Shown: positions 23,933 through 41,902 of the stretch, piece after piece
Numbering within the stretch: the first letter of the stretch is position 1
Layout: each line of letters starts with the position of its first letter
Notes under the pieces: model-generated
The model's input: the letters and a program-made list of their open reading frames with translations, nothing else
The model's database searches: none
Told to the model about the DNA's origin: nothing
Made by a program: the position numbers and the translations under genes
DNA from: Macrostomum lignano
Lineage: Eukaryota
Direction of reading: 5' to 3'
Assembly (NCBI GenBank): GCA_002269645.1
Contig: NIVC01003958.1
Coordinates: 1-64,000, forward strand
Length of the DNA stretch: 64,000 nt

Positions 23933-25095
23933 ATGTCCCAGTTCTGTTGGAAAAGTCTGGTGGCGGTGATCATCATGAAAGCAATTAACCAGTACGTCAC
24001 CTTTGAGTACCTACTCTACAACAGTAATTTGTACCACAAAGTTAACGGCACCTGCCAGCTGAAAGACCCGTCAGGGTTGGTGAATTACACAAATGCTCCA
24101 ATGATGTATACCTTTCACTTTGGATACACCCTGTCCGTGGTCGGTGGTCTCATGGCGAACAGCTACCTCGGATTCCGGCCGGTTCTGATTATCGGCGGAG
24201 CGGTGACTGCGGTGGCTGCGGCTCTTCTGGCCATCAGCATCTCGCTCGGGCTGATCTGCCACCCGGCGTTCTACGCTTTTGTGTGGATGTTCCATCCTCT
24301 GTACATGGGTTTAATTGTACCTTGCCTGTTCTACGGATTCGTTCGCCTCAGCTGGGGGAGGAAGAGCCGCATGGTGCTGGTAGCCTTGTACTATTACAGC
24401 GCTGAAGCCTCCACGTGGCTGGAAGTTTTTGTCGCTCCCATTGTGACATCATACTGGAATACCTACTACAGCATAATGGTTGGCGGCGTGTGCTTGAGCC
24501 TGATTTTTCTGTCGCTTTCAACAACACTAAAAGAAGATGAGGAGCCAAGCTCTATGGAAGTTCCAACCATGAAACGTCTCGTTCGGTTTTTTCGCATTCT
24601 CAGTGCCTTCACGATGTTTTCTATCCAGTTGTACGACGAACACGTTGACGGGTACCAGAGGGAAGCCATTCTCTACTCGAGAAACTCGACAAGTAATTCG
24701 CTGTTTGAGTCCAACCTTCTGGCAGAAATGCAAGCTAATGATTTGCCGCGGTACGTGAACATGGCCTCGAAGCTGGGCACATCCGCGCTCCTGATTCTAT
24801 TAGGAATCAGCAGGCAAACGTCTTTCATATCGCACGAGATCAGAATTCAGGTCGGAATCTTGACTGCAGCAACTGTTGCTCTATTTTGTTGTTCTGCAGA
24901 TCTTCTTCTAGCAAAACTGGGCCCAGCAAGTCCCATTCTGACCACTTCCTTATTTTGTACAGCATCGTTTCTGGATGGAGCGTCGGAGATTGTCGTGATG
25001 GTCGGTGTGTATGAGTTCATCGATATGATTGGCACGAGAGACCACAAGCTCGTGCTTTTCGGCGTCGCCTTCAGCGTTTGGACTCTGGCTTACTT
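23933..25095 (+). pseudogene. SLC15/POT-like paralog 2, 5' part (interrupted by a LINE)
   Basis: GGLMANSYLGFRPVLIIGG and GASEIVVMVGVYEF motifs; aligns with paralog 1. The coding sequence is cut at the LINE TSD. Confidence 0.8.
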
Positions 25096-25185
25096 ACTTA
25101 CTTACTTACTACTGACGGGGGGCGCAGGCGCCGCGAATAGGCCGCGAGGCCCCTATCGCAACCCCAAGGTAAAAGAGCACAAGGA

Positions 25186-30164
<4,979 letters not shown>

Positions 30165-31112
30165 TACCCGAGAATACATGCGAGTCCTGATCTGTCAAAT
30201 TGATTGTTTGAGAGTTTTGCTGCAATTCTCTTTCAGACTTGTTTGACTGAGAGATATTTATTGTTCGTGACCCGTTGGGATTTGGGACCGATGTGACTCA
30301 AAAAACTCTTAAAGAAACTTGTGAAGCTGGTGTAATATCTCCAGTGTTTTAATAATCCTATATTTCCCATTCAATAAGTCAAAGCGTAGTCTTTGTTCTC
30401 TTCAGAAAGCATTTTTTTTCTCGGTACAAAATCAGTCTAGTCTCGCACTAGTCTCGGAAAGTTGGCCAAAATTTTCAATTTACATGTAGCTAATGCACTC
30501 GTAAAAGCACGCTCAAATTGTAGCTAATGAACAAATGATTGGAAGGTATATCTTCGCATTATAACACAGTGAACTCGAAATAGCTGAATTTTTTCCTGCT
30601 TGAAGCTTTTCTATTTAATGCTACTAATATTTCAATGGTTAGTCATACCAATAACTATATCCATAACTATACGTGTACTTTATATCACAATGCATGAAAA
30701 GAACACATCGATATTGTTGAACTTTGTCTTGAAAGATTAACCACCTTAGCTAGTAGAAAAACTAACAAAAGCTAAGCTCTTTCTGCAACAATAATGATTA
30801 TTATTTGCACTTTGCAGTCACTTTTACCAAAGTACCAATCGGTATTCAATATTTGACCTACATGTAACTAGCCCATTACGCTGGTATTGTACAGAAAACC
30901 CAATATTTTACACATGTCATACCGGTATGCATTCTCATGTAACTCGGGGAATTGCTTTCTTGCATCTAAACAAGCCATTGCTTATGTACTACTCAAACTG
31001 GTCTTTAATTACGCATCCCACTCGCTACATTCGTTACTAATTCATTGGAATTATGAGTAATACATAGTCAATCGTCCTGTCGACCATTAAAAATTCATGG
31101 GGGGTTGTTAAT

Positions 31113-31360
31113 ATGTCTAGGCTCATGGGGAATTATTCAGATGTCTAGGCTCATGGGGAATTATTCAGATGTCTAGGCTCATGGGGAATTATTCAGATGT
31201 CTAGGCTCATGGGGAATTATTCAGATGTCTAGGCTCATGGGGAATTATTCAGATGTCTAGGCTCATGGGGAATTATTCAGATGTCTAGGCTCATGGGGAA
31301 TTATTCAGATGTCTAGACTCATGGGGAATTATTCAGATGTCTAGGCTCATGGGGGAATTG
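31113..31360. repeat. 28-bp tandem repeat, about 8.5 copies, with degenerate copies to about 31660
   Basis: Unit ATGTCTAGGCTCATGGGGAATTATTCAG. Confidence 0.9.
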
Positions 31361-32699
31361 TTGTTGTTGAGATGCATAGGTCATGAGGGATATTGTTAAA
31401 GTTCTGTGGCTCAGCAGGGGGAATCTCTGAAATGAAATTCCAGAATCTCTGATCTTTGAAATATCTGAATTTACATCTCTGAGATTCTATTCTAATGTCA
31501 AGATTCATGGGGGGGGGATATATTGCTGAGTTGTCAAAAATTATGTGGAAAAATTCTGAGATGTCAAGGCTCATGGGGGATTGTTGAAATGCTGTGGCTC
31601 GTCGGGGCAGCTCAGATGCTTTGATCCAAAGCTCATGGTGATCAGACACCTTATCTAGGTTAGATAGCTTGCTGTCAGGGTGGATGCTGCTTTTAACATC
31701 ATTTTCCATAAGAAATTGAGAATAGTGACTGTTAACAATGGCAAAGCCTACATGTAGTTTATTGAAAAGCTTCCATTATTTTCTTTGTTGCCTCCCCAAC
31801 GGGGGGAACAGATTTGATATGTAGTACATGTACTAAGACTTGAATTGCACCAATCGAATGCGACCAGCAACGTTGACGTCCAGAAATTCAATTAACTACA
31901 TCAAATTCAAGTACCTTTTTAAACAGACGTTGCATTTTAGATAGTTGCAACTTGTCTAATGGTCGAAAGACCTGAAAGTCATCTATTGCGGGGCATCCAA
32001 AATGCTGGACAGTTAAAAACACCCTTAGTGGTGAAGAGAGCTACTTTAAGTTTACAGCGACGGTCTTGTCCCTGAGTGTGGCTTCTGGATAAGATAATGC
32101 TGGTGCAAGAGGGAGTTTGGTTGCTTCAGCATAGGATTGGGATTTTCATCAACCTGAACGTAGATTTACTCCTGCATTTCTGCGTCCGGGACGTTTTTCA
32201 AGGGCAGGGCTTCCGTTTGACCGCCTCAATCCACCCAGCTCTTGTGCAGTGTGCGCCATCATGCGCGCTCAATATTTAACCCACGCGCAGGAGACACTAC
32301 TAAAAGAGTAGTATAATTTTGATGCACTATCTAGTAGTCTTTGACTTCTTGAACTTGCTTTAGCCGTAACAATCTATCTGTGTTCAAGTCACACACAGAG
32401 TTTCCTGCTGTTTGCGCTAAACTCGCGCTTTGTAGCGCTACCCTTAGAAGAATCATTTTATATTACAAATTAAGGTTCCAAATTCTATTTAAATTTTCAA
32501 ATGTCATTTAACGTCATGAATACAACTACACACTTCTAACACTATATACTACTACTAGTCTGGCAAATGTATGATCAGAAGTTCCTATGCAACAAAGTAC
32601 GCGATCAGCAAACCAGATCGCTGCTGTGATATAAAGCCAATCATTACCAGCGGCTAGCAGCATTTTCCTCTAGCCACGAGAAGACTGATGGCCCAACTC

Positions 32700-34535
32700 A
32701 ACTTTCTGCCGGCCAGAGTAAATCAAATTCCATGGCTAAATTGGTAGTATCCGTTCTTGCCGGATAAGGTAAGCACTGCTTACCATGAGTATTCTAGGTT
32801 TTCTTGTTTTCTGACAATTATAGGCGTTGCATTCTACATTCTTAATTGTTTCGTCAGTAACGTTCCTTAGTGCTTTGGTTCAAAAACACAACTTTTGTTC
32901 GAAGAGGCTTCATTAAAGTTTGAAATCAAATTTACTAATAACAGAGTTAAACAACAAAAACGAGAATGAAAAACCTGATAATATTCTGGCTGATCAAACT
33001 TACTGCGCATACAGAACGTACGGCTCGTGCACTACAGAAACTATAACTAGTGAAACTAATATAAATTATCAAGAGTTGTGAACTAATTTGAGCTAAAGAC
33101 AAAAGGCAAAAACAGTAAACAGAATGGATGAAAACTTTAGTTTTAGCGGAAAGTGAGTCCATTCTGCCGATGCTCGTACTTCAACGCTGCGAATGCCAGC
33201 GTTGAAAGCAATCTAACAAACAAAGTCCCGGGCATCCTGGACATCGGCTGCAGAAATAAACTGTGCGCCGGGAACTGGCAGAACTGTAGCACATTCTGCA
33301 CCTTTTCGTAGGTCTGGGCTGGGTAGGACGACCTGGGATTTTCTCCGGAAAATGCTGCTCAGGGACTGCAACTGTTTGCAGCATGGAAGCCGGTCGCTTC
33401 CTGCCATTTCCAGTTCGCTCTACCAAATCACGGATGCTGGCTTCGAGATATCTGATAAAAGTATTCTGGCCACCACACTTGCAGTACAGAACCCAAGCGT
33501 TGCGCACCATTTAAAGGCACATATGCAAACCCAGCTTGTGGAACCATTTTGTTGTCTTTCTGCTGGCATCATAGGGCTGCAGGGGTGCCGTCCAGCGTGT
33601 CCACTCCACCGCTGTGCATCGTCTGTGCTCCAGTAGTCATGTAGCTCGGACTTTTTGTTCAGGCCCATGTACAGGTGCATGCCGACTAGCTTTTTCAGCT
33701 CGCTTGCGGTGCAGTCCCGCCAGCTAGATACAATGGACGGAAGGACATCCGTCTCAGGATCCAGCTCCATCAGCATGGTGGCCACCTTGGCGTTTGTCCA
33801 TTCAGCGAGGCATTGGAAAAGCTCTTCAGAAAGAAACATTTGTAAAAATAAAGACTTATCCTTCTCAACATCCTCAGGAATTAAAAAGTTCGGATTTAGG
33901 CCAGCAGTTCCGGTAAATTCAAAACATTCTGTCCCTTCATCGGACCCAGGCTCGACAAGTCGCCAAACATTCTCAACTACAGCAGCATCGCCATCTGCAA
34001 ACTCCTGTTCTTCCTCGCCGTCAGGCCCTTCTATGGTTGGAGGATTGCCATCCAGTGCTTCTTCGCCAACCTCCTCGCCAGGCTCCTCGTCTATTGTTAA
34101 GTAGGAGTCGAGGCTTGCTTCACTATCAGAGGTCATGTAGTCGATCTCAGAGGCAGAAGCCACGTACTTTAGGATATCAGTGAGTAAATACTGTGTCAAA
34201 TTTAGCGAGAAAAGGCTAACAAACAAGTTGGTAAGAGTGTTACTGTAAGAAAGCTATTTTACTACAAAGGGAACTTGCTGTCTGAGCACAGATTTCTAAG
34301 GTAAGCAGCGCATACCAAGCAGGCAGCAAGTGAAACTGTTTTATTGGCTAAATCAGTAGTGCTGTTCATTTCCTTCCCATCTAGCACGTCAGTTTGAGCC
34401 AAGCTGGATCAGTAAGCCTAGCCGGCAGGAATGGAAGTGACATGCTATGCCAGAAATTATCTATGGTAAGCACTGCTTACCAAGCAGTCGGGAACAGACA
34501 AATTATGGATTCTGGTTAGCCAGGAAGAGGCTCTA
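32700..34535 (-). mobile_element. Internally deleted piggyBac relic (ends approximate)
   Basis: Acidic N-terminus and LFLQMFLSEE...WTN...ELKKLVG...MGL...DYWS, joined directly to GGVD..D and the C-terminal Cys-rich domain (CRMC...C..C...LC...CF..WH). Frameshift and a TAA at 33513-33511. TIRs not resolved. Confidence 0.8.
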
Positions 34536-35169
34536 GACATGAAAGAAGAAATCAGTTAAAAAGGTGCTAAATGGGTGTTCGCCTCGCGGCGGCTTGCTGG
34601 CGCACTAATCGGGCGTCATCACAAGTCTGACCAGTCGTCATACAATTAACCGCTGCAAAAGCCAATTAAGTCGAAGATTTCTTACAATTTTCAACAAACT
34701 GTGTGCATATCGCATCTTCAATTGAAGGGCCAGCTCTAGCCGCTGCTAGTAGATTCTCAACAATTTTCAGTCTCACTAATTAGCTTTCAACCCCTTTCAA
34801 TGCAATTGTTTTTCTTACCATGAAAACCACGGCAGAAAAAGAAGAAGCAGGAAAAATTTGGCAATTTTTTTACCGTGGCATTGACGTGCAGGTAAGGTTT
34901 TGAGGTTCAAGACCTGATTGAAGATTCATCACTGTGGGAGGAATTTAAAATTACGAGTAGATCACGAATGGGGCAGCACAATTAAAGTGCCACTATTTCA
35001 CCTTGGCTACATACGAGATTGGAAAACTGAAGTAAATAATAAAAACTGCCTGCTCAGCAGCGCGTTTGCTGGAATAAAATAGGCGGCCTCCTCTCACCGG
35101 TGGAGCGGTGGGCGCCACCCAACCAAAACGAGACAGAGCGTACATACGCGGCTGGGGTGCACAGAAAGA

Positions 35170-35375
35170 GCGTACTTGGGCACTAAAGCCGGTTTACTCA
35201 AGTGCAAGCCTAGCGCGAACCGCAGCCGAATACATCGGGCGGTAAACTGTGCTGGCTGTAGCTTTTCAGACATCAGCATCTCGGGCTGATCTGCCACCCG
35301 GCGTAAAACAGACAAGGGGAAATAAGACCCAATGTACAGTAAATGGAATAAGCAGACAAAAGCGTAGAAAAGCGC
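35170..35375. pseudogene. Decayed third SLC15/POT-like fragment with an internal inversion
   Basis: CATCAGCATCTCGGGCTGATCTGCCACCCGGCGT on + nearly matches 24232-24269. The next ~65 nt match the following codons of paralog 2 on the - strand. Confidence 0.6.
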
Positions 35376-35879
35376 GCCTATATATTCGACACTTTCAAGT
35401 TTTGAAATCTACCGTCGTGAACATCCAGCAGCCTCCACTTGGCTTTATTACCGATTCCAGAACTAGAATCGGTTCGAAGCTTTTCATAGTTCCATTTTCA
35501 GAATCGGTTCCAGAACCGTGTTCTGGTTCTGGAATCGGAATTATTCTGGTTCTAGAACCGATCTTCGTGAAAAGCCTTCACTCGTAAACGAGTGAATTTT
35601 TATTTCTTCGAAAGTTTAAGTTCTTCAAAAATTTGGCTGGGAATCGGAAGATTTTATATTAGAACTGACGTTCGTGTCGGCTTACACTACAATAACACAT
35701 GATTTCTAATACATAGTTTATATTATAGCTAAGATCATTTACATTAAATGATTGTAACTATTTTTGCATATATATTTAAATAGTATTATTGTCAGGGTTT
35801 CGCTTTTGTCAGGTTGCTTATCAAAAATTAAATCTAATAAGACCTAATTGAAAATGAAATGCCTCTAGCATCTTGTAAA

Positions 35880-36073
35880 CTTTGTCCAACTCGGAATATC
35901 CCAACCGTTATTCCGACTGATTATTAAATACATTGCAAGTCTAAATATCATTCCGACTCTTATTTTGACTGATTATTAAATACATTGCAATGATTGGATG
36001 ATACTTAGACTATTTCTAGAATAACCGCATTACGAGCTGGAATAATGGTCGGAATATTCTGAGTTGGACAAAG
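35880..36073. mobile_element. MITE with 35-bp terminal inverted repeats
   Basis: 35880-35914 versus the reverse complement of 36039-36073: 31/35 identical, all four differences are transitions. Confidence 0.75.
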
Positions 36074-37633
36074 TGTAAAAGGTCATACAAAACCATAAGC
36101 CTACATAAATATTATACTAAAAAATCAAGATATTCTATTTTAATTTTAGGCCAATGCTAAAGCCTTTGGCAAAGGCAAAGCCAAAAATTAAGATAAGTAA
36201 TTTAGGAATATATAGCCTTAGGCCTAGGCTTAGGCCTAATAAATTGCCTAGGCCTACTAGCTAATAGCACTACTCACTTTACTAGGCTTAGTAGGCCTAG
36301 TGCTTTGTTTGATAAAAATGCACTCTTAGAGACAGTTGTCTCCTAAGGCTAAACTAAAAATTTAATTGATCTCTACTGCAAACTTTGTACACATTTAACA
36401 CATAGGCCTAATATACCAGATTAAAATATATACATGGCTAGAAATAGGATAGGGACTAAGGAGCCTACAATACAATGTCAATATACTATAAAATAAACAT
36501 AAAAATAAAAGCTAATATTAAATTAAAACTAATATAAAATAAAAGTAGGAAAAACTTGACTTTTTACTAATATTTTAACTAATATAATATAACAATTTTA
36601 TTTAACTAATTTCTAAGTCCAATATGGTCATTTTGTAGCTTTTTAAAGCCTATTTTATTTATTGATAAAAAATCTAATATAGTTTGAAAGGTTAGGCTAA
36701 GATATAAAATATTGGGTTTTTATCTTATAGGTCTAATGATAAAGTAATTAAAAAATCATTTTTGTTTAATTTTAAAAATATAGGAGCCTTTAATTTTTGT
36801 AAGTATTACTTTTAGGCCTAGTTCTTTTTATATTTATTTGTCTCTTTAATGAAAAAGATAATATAGTTTTTTATTGTAATAAAGGCAAAAAGCTAGATAT
36901 ATTTATAAAAACTTTTTTCCTTTTCTTTTTAGTTTATATTACTTCTATATTATATAACTTCTATTTCTAATTATATTACTTCTATATTGCTTTTTAGCCT
37001 ATAAGGGAAAGAACAAGCAAATGCATAACAATCCTAATATCTTCTATAAAAGCAACAGATTAAAAAAGTAAATCAATGAATTCAAATACCTAGATGTATC
37101 ATCTTCAAACCCAGTAATAACTCTAAAAGATACATTGCCCATCAGATCAAATAAGGATAATAATTCTACAATGTTTTAACTATTACATAAAGTCAAAGAT
37201 ACCACAGTCCACACTAGACATCATGCTTATCAGTAGACTATTTAATTCTTGGGTCATATAAGTTATAACGTATGGTTATGAAATCTAGGGACCTTTAGCA
37301 ACCTATATTTATCTCAAAACCATTGACAAAATTCTAAAATTTCCATAAATACCTTCTTTACTTATCTAAAATCACTTGCAACTCTTTTATACTTGCAAAA
37401 CTCAATTTAACACTTATCTCACTTACCATCTTGAATTTTTTCTTATATATTTCTTATATTATATTTCTTATATATATAAGAAATATATTTTAAAATAAAA
37501 ATATTTTAATTTTATACAACCCCTGGAAAGTAAGGCCCAAACAACCCTTAGAAAGTGAACCTCCTTAAAAAACTACAAAACCTAGGTTTATCTTATGCTT
37601 GGGCGCAACCTGTTTGTTGCCAATAGAAATGGC

Positions 37634-38278
37634 CAAGTGATTCCCAAGGTTGCGCATATATGCCCTATAGGAAAAAGTTGTAAAACCGCGGATGGTGTCC
37701 GGCGCACTTTTGAAATTTTTCTAAAGCGCAGCGCACGCACAGGCGCAGCGCCTGCGCACGCTGCCCTTTCTTACTGGCTGCTGCTCTAGCAAATACATAT
37801 ACATGGAAATGGGTATAATACCTCTGTTGCAGGGGCTTATACACTCGTAATTTATTAAGCTTAGAGATGTTCCGAAAATTCAATTTCAATTTTCCAAAAT
37901 TTGAAATTTTTTAGGGAGCAAATTTCAATTTCGAAATAAAATTTAGAAGTGAAAATTTTGGTAGTGTCTAAAAAGTCGCTAAAAATAAACTACTTTCTAC
38001 TACATATACATGTATTACTTTTTGCTTAAGCAGTAAATTGAAAGTAAAAAAGTGAGTGTTGATCATACTAAACTTTGTTTTTCTGAATTATGATTTTGGG
38101 AAATTTCAATTTTGATTTAGGAAAGTTAGCAAATTTTGATTTCGACGAAACTGCAGATCTTCCGGAACATCTCTAATAATCCTAAAGCGCGGTAAAATAG
38201 TTTGACTCTTTTCTAAAGCGCGCGTCCGCGGGTTTTTAACATTTATTCCAATAGGGCATATATGGTTTATCTCACTTG
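37634..38278. mobile_element. MITE-like element (TIR core CATATATGCCCTAT.GGAA) containing a hAT-like MITE
   Basis: 37655-37693 is inverted at about 38225-38264. Inner pair TAGAGATGTTCCG (37862) and CGGAACATCTCTA (to 38175) resembles hAT TAGRGATG ends. TSDs not convincing. Confidence 0.6.
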
Positions 38279-41200
38279 CATATACAAACATTAAACCCTG
38301 GAGACAATTATAAAAAACAAAGCAATAATAACAAAACAAGTATATATCTCTTGGGAGCACAAACATTTCAAAAAATAGAAAACTACATAAAAGTTAGGCA
38401 TTACAAAAATTGCTTTATGTATAAGAATATTTTTAGGCCTGATATAAAAAACTACTTCCCAAGTACTTTTAGAAGAAAAATACCTAGAAATCCTGCTAAA
38501 GCTTAAAACCAAGTTTGTACCAAACAAGTATACCCAAGAAAATGCAAACTTTTTGTCAAATATTCAGGAAATAAAATATTACACTATGTAGTTGAATATG
38601 CTGTTATACTAAATATCAGAAAAAAAGTATTTTAGACAAAGCCAATTGAGCACAGGGCATTTCTACAGCTTAGGCTATGCTATAAATGAAAGCAAAACTA
38701 AAAAAGACCTGCTAGCTATTGTAAAGATTTATAAACTCATAAATAATCTTCATTCTTCTTTTACAACCAACATGAAAAGGTAGACAATACCCTGTATATA
38801 CTACTCTATTATTACTTTTCTTATATCAATCAAATCCATTATGTTGGACTTCCCAAAGCTAGATACTCCCTTTTGCTATATCTCCTTTCATATATCTGCA
38901 AAATAGAATTAGTATATTATATCTTTTGATATACTATATTACCCCCTTTTCATTTTTTAATAAGGATTGGATAATAAAATAGTGGATCATAAGACAAAAA
39001 ATGCCTAAATCTTCATGTTTGTATAATTTTTAAAATTACATTAGCAGTGCAACTTAGAATAGTTTTGAACAAAAATACTCATTTTGCAACTTACTTGAAT
39101 CTCTAATCTTTTATACAACTTGTTTAATTCTTTGTAACTTAGTGTATTCTTTTCATTATGCTTTTTACTTTATTTTGCCTTTTCAATTTTGCTTCTTTGC
39201 CTTATTTTTTAGATACCTAGATAAAGACAACTCATTTTTAGTGTAATGAGTATATTGTATATATAATAAATATGTCAAAGTTATATATCAAAGTTTTAGC
39301 ATTAAAACTAAAAATATTTTGTTACATTGCCCAAATTCAAGTTAAAGAAATATGGTTCAATAAAATGCTACTGTCTTATTGCCTTTTCATATGTTGTATT
39401 TGTTAAAATGTTTTTTTACATTAAAATATTTTTCCCTTTTCATGTTTTTGTGTATAAACTTTATATGCCTATGTTTTTTATTCCTTTGGCATATAATATA
39501 ATATGGTATAAATCTAGAAAAGTCCAAATTTTTAAACAGAAGCTTAGCATTGTTTTAATTATTCTTTAAATAAGTGTGACTTATATTTAAACTTTTAAGA
39601 AATTTTACCTTAATTGATTTTTAAGTTTTAGGGTTTGCTTATATGCAGTATATACCTTTGCTAGCTAAAAGCTTTTTTATTTCTTTATCAAATTCTAAAA
39701 AATGATTTTTAATTGATAAAGTAGGCCTAGCATTTATATTAATTTGCCATTTTTATATATTAGTTACATAATATAATATTGCAAGCTATGATGATTTCAA
39801 TAAACATTAAATCTACAAATGTTATCAAAGTATTTATTCTAACAAATTTATCACTGCTTTATAAGCTAGTGTCCTTTTTAAGATGTGTATATATACTCTT
39901 TATTACTAATAGTAGTAATATATGTTGTAGGGCTTACTTCTGTCCTCCAACTATCCCACTATTGCCACCAAAGTTGTCACAGGGCTGATTCCTCTGTTCT
40001 GGAAATCTCAGCCGCTGATACCAAAGTTGTGCTAGGTTTTCAATTTTCCTCTGCTGATACTAAATTCTGCCTTTGGTATCTCTAACTGTTTCTTAGAATT
40101 TAATTTAAATATACTGGTAGCGTCTTATGTATTAATCTGGTAGCGTTCTTAGTATAGTCTGGTAGCGTTCTTAGTATATTAGTCTGGTAGCATTCTTAGT
40201 ATATGGCCTGAGCGGTCTTACTGGTATATGTACTTTCTCTTTCCAGTCTGGGCGTTACCGAGATTAGAGGGTCACAGCGATCACTCTTAGTACTTTCTTT
40301 GCATGAATCCCTGATTCCCAACTCTCAATACCTCTTTAAAATAAGCAATGATCTGAGAATAAGTATTGAACAACGTTTTGAGCTTATAGCTATCGAACGA
40401 GTTATACTTCCATCCCTTCGGCTCTCTCCTATTTATACTAATCAATCGCGTATATTTAAAACAAACTCTTACAACTTGAGAATATTTCGCGTATTATAAC
40501 AAAAGAATATTAATTTTCGCGCTAGTTCAAAAACAATAATTCCTAGAAATAAGGTACCGCTACTACATATATAAATATATTAAGGTTTAAGTTAAGTCCA
40601 GGTAAATAATTAACTACTCTTATATAATCTATGATTTGATTAGCACTAGGCTCTAAGCCATTTAAGTTGTCTACTAAGTATTAGTTATTTATTAGTTTAT
40701 TTATTTCCTGGATCTGCCCTAATGCAACTAAGTTTTTTCTTTTTTTATAGCTGATAGAATATTCTAATTGAGAATTGAGATGCTTTAAATGTTTGAGCTT
40801 AAGTAGTATATACTGTTTTAGTAACATTGTAATTTAATTTAATATTGTATTTTAAAATTTTCTGAATTGCTTATACTCAAATGCAACCAATTTTCAGGTT
40901 GATCACATGTGATTTAAGTCAATTTTAGTTTTAGGATTAAATTAATCTTGTCAGCATTTATAGTTTTTATTTTCTATATTTTTTAATTTATAAATACCTT
41001 TCCATTACTTAACTTTGTGATATAATAATTAATAATTAATAATATAATTTATTATATAAATAGTAGCACAAATCTGATTAAAATCAATAAAAGATACCAC
41101 AAAGCACTTGTGCTGACTTCGACTGATATGATTCATAGGATATATTTCCATAAAAAAACTTTATCCCCTCAAGTGTTTAAGGGAATACAGAATTGGAGTT

Positions 41201-41902
41201 TTCATTGCTTCAGATGTATTAATAGAGATCAGCTCAGTAATTTCTCAGATAATTTCTCAGATAAACTATCAAGATTGCAAAATATCTACTTTCGCTCCCT
41301 GACAAAAAATTCACTGCCATTTGCTTAGGTTTGAGTGCCTTGCTTTGGCTGTGCTTCTTCACTCACTAGGAGCAGCGGCTGGTCATCATTATTTTTTAAG
41401 CAAAGCCAACTACACGCGTTTCATGGGCTCCTCTTAGCTCACGGTGTGCCACAAGCCCTGGCAGGTATGAGGAAGCGATCGCAACCTGTTCTCAGGCTAT
41501 CATTAATGTCTTGAGCACAGAGGAACGAATGCACTCTGGCATGACTTGCAAGAGTGAGGCCGGTTTGCAACTCCTCCCGCTACGCCTGATCGATGCCTTC
41601 TCCGTGTCCGAATAGGCTTTTCGTCTTTGCTGCTTTCGCATCTAGGGAATCAGCGATCCCTAGGGAACTTCTGCAACTGCTGGCACTGCCAATGCGTCGC
41701 CTTGACTCGCTCTGGCACTCCTTTCGTATCCCCCACCTCAGAGTTCCCCTGTCCTCCAATTGGCGGCCGGCTTCGCTCTGCTTTTCCTGCACCACTTTTC
41801 CTCACCCCCCTCCGCTTAAATACGCCAGCCGAGTTCAGCTGAAGTGCTGAGACTTCCGTGCCGCTTCTTGCTAGTTTGCCTGTCCGCCATCCCGCCGCCT
41901 TC

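Noticed and set aside
35466-35579. Cluster of TTCnnGAA words and an imperfect inverted repeat, suggesting a heat-shock element
   Set aside because: No three correctly spaced alternating nGAAn units. More likely a decayed MITE-like palindrome.
37021-37350. Minus-strand frames with GPCR-like (LNSLIY) or kinase-like (ELLLGLKMIH) fragments
   Set aside because: All three frames look vaguely protein-like and all have multiple stops. Any stop can be reverted by T>C, so this is not evidence.
38828-38869. Minus-strand GVSSFGKSNIMDLI, resembling a mutated Walker A motif (GxxGxGKS)
   Set aside because: No hydrophobic strand before it, stops nearby and no Walker B. Could be chance in eroded DNA.
40203-40260. 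TGGCCTGAGCGGTCT resembling a tRNA/SINE A box
   Set aside because: No B box or cloverleaf follows.
35660-41340. Bacterial, mitochondrial or viral insertion as the explanation for the AT-rich block
   Set aside because: No long ORFs, rRNA or tRNA. It contains MITE ends, so eroded repeats explain it better.
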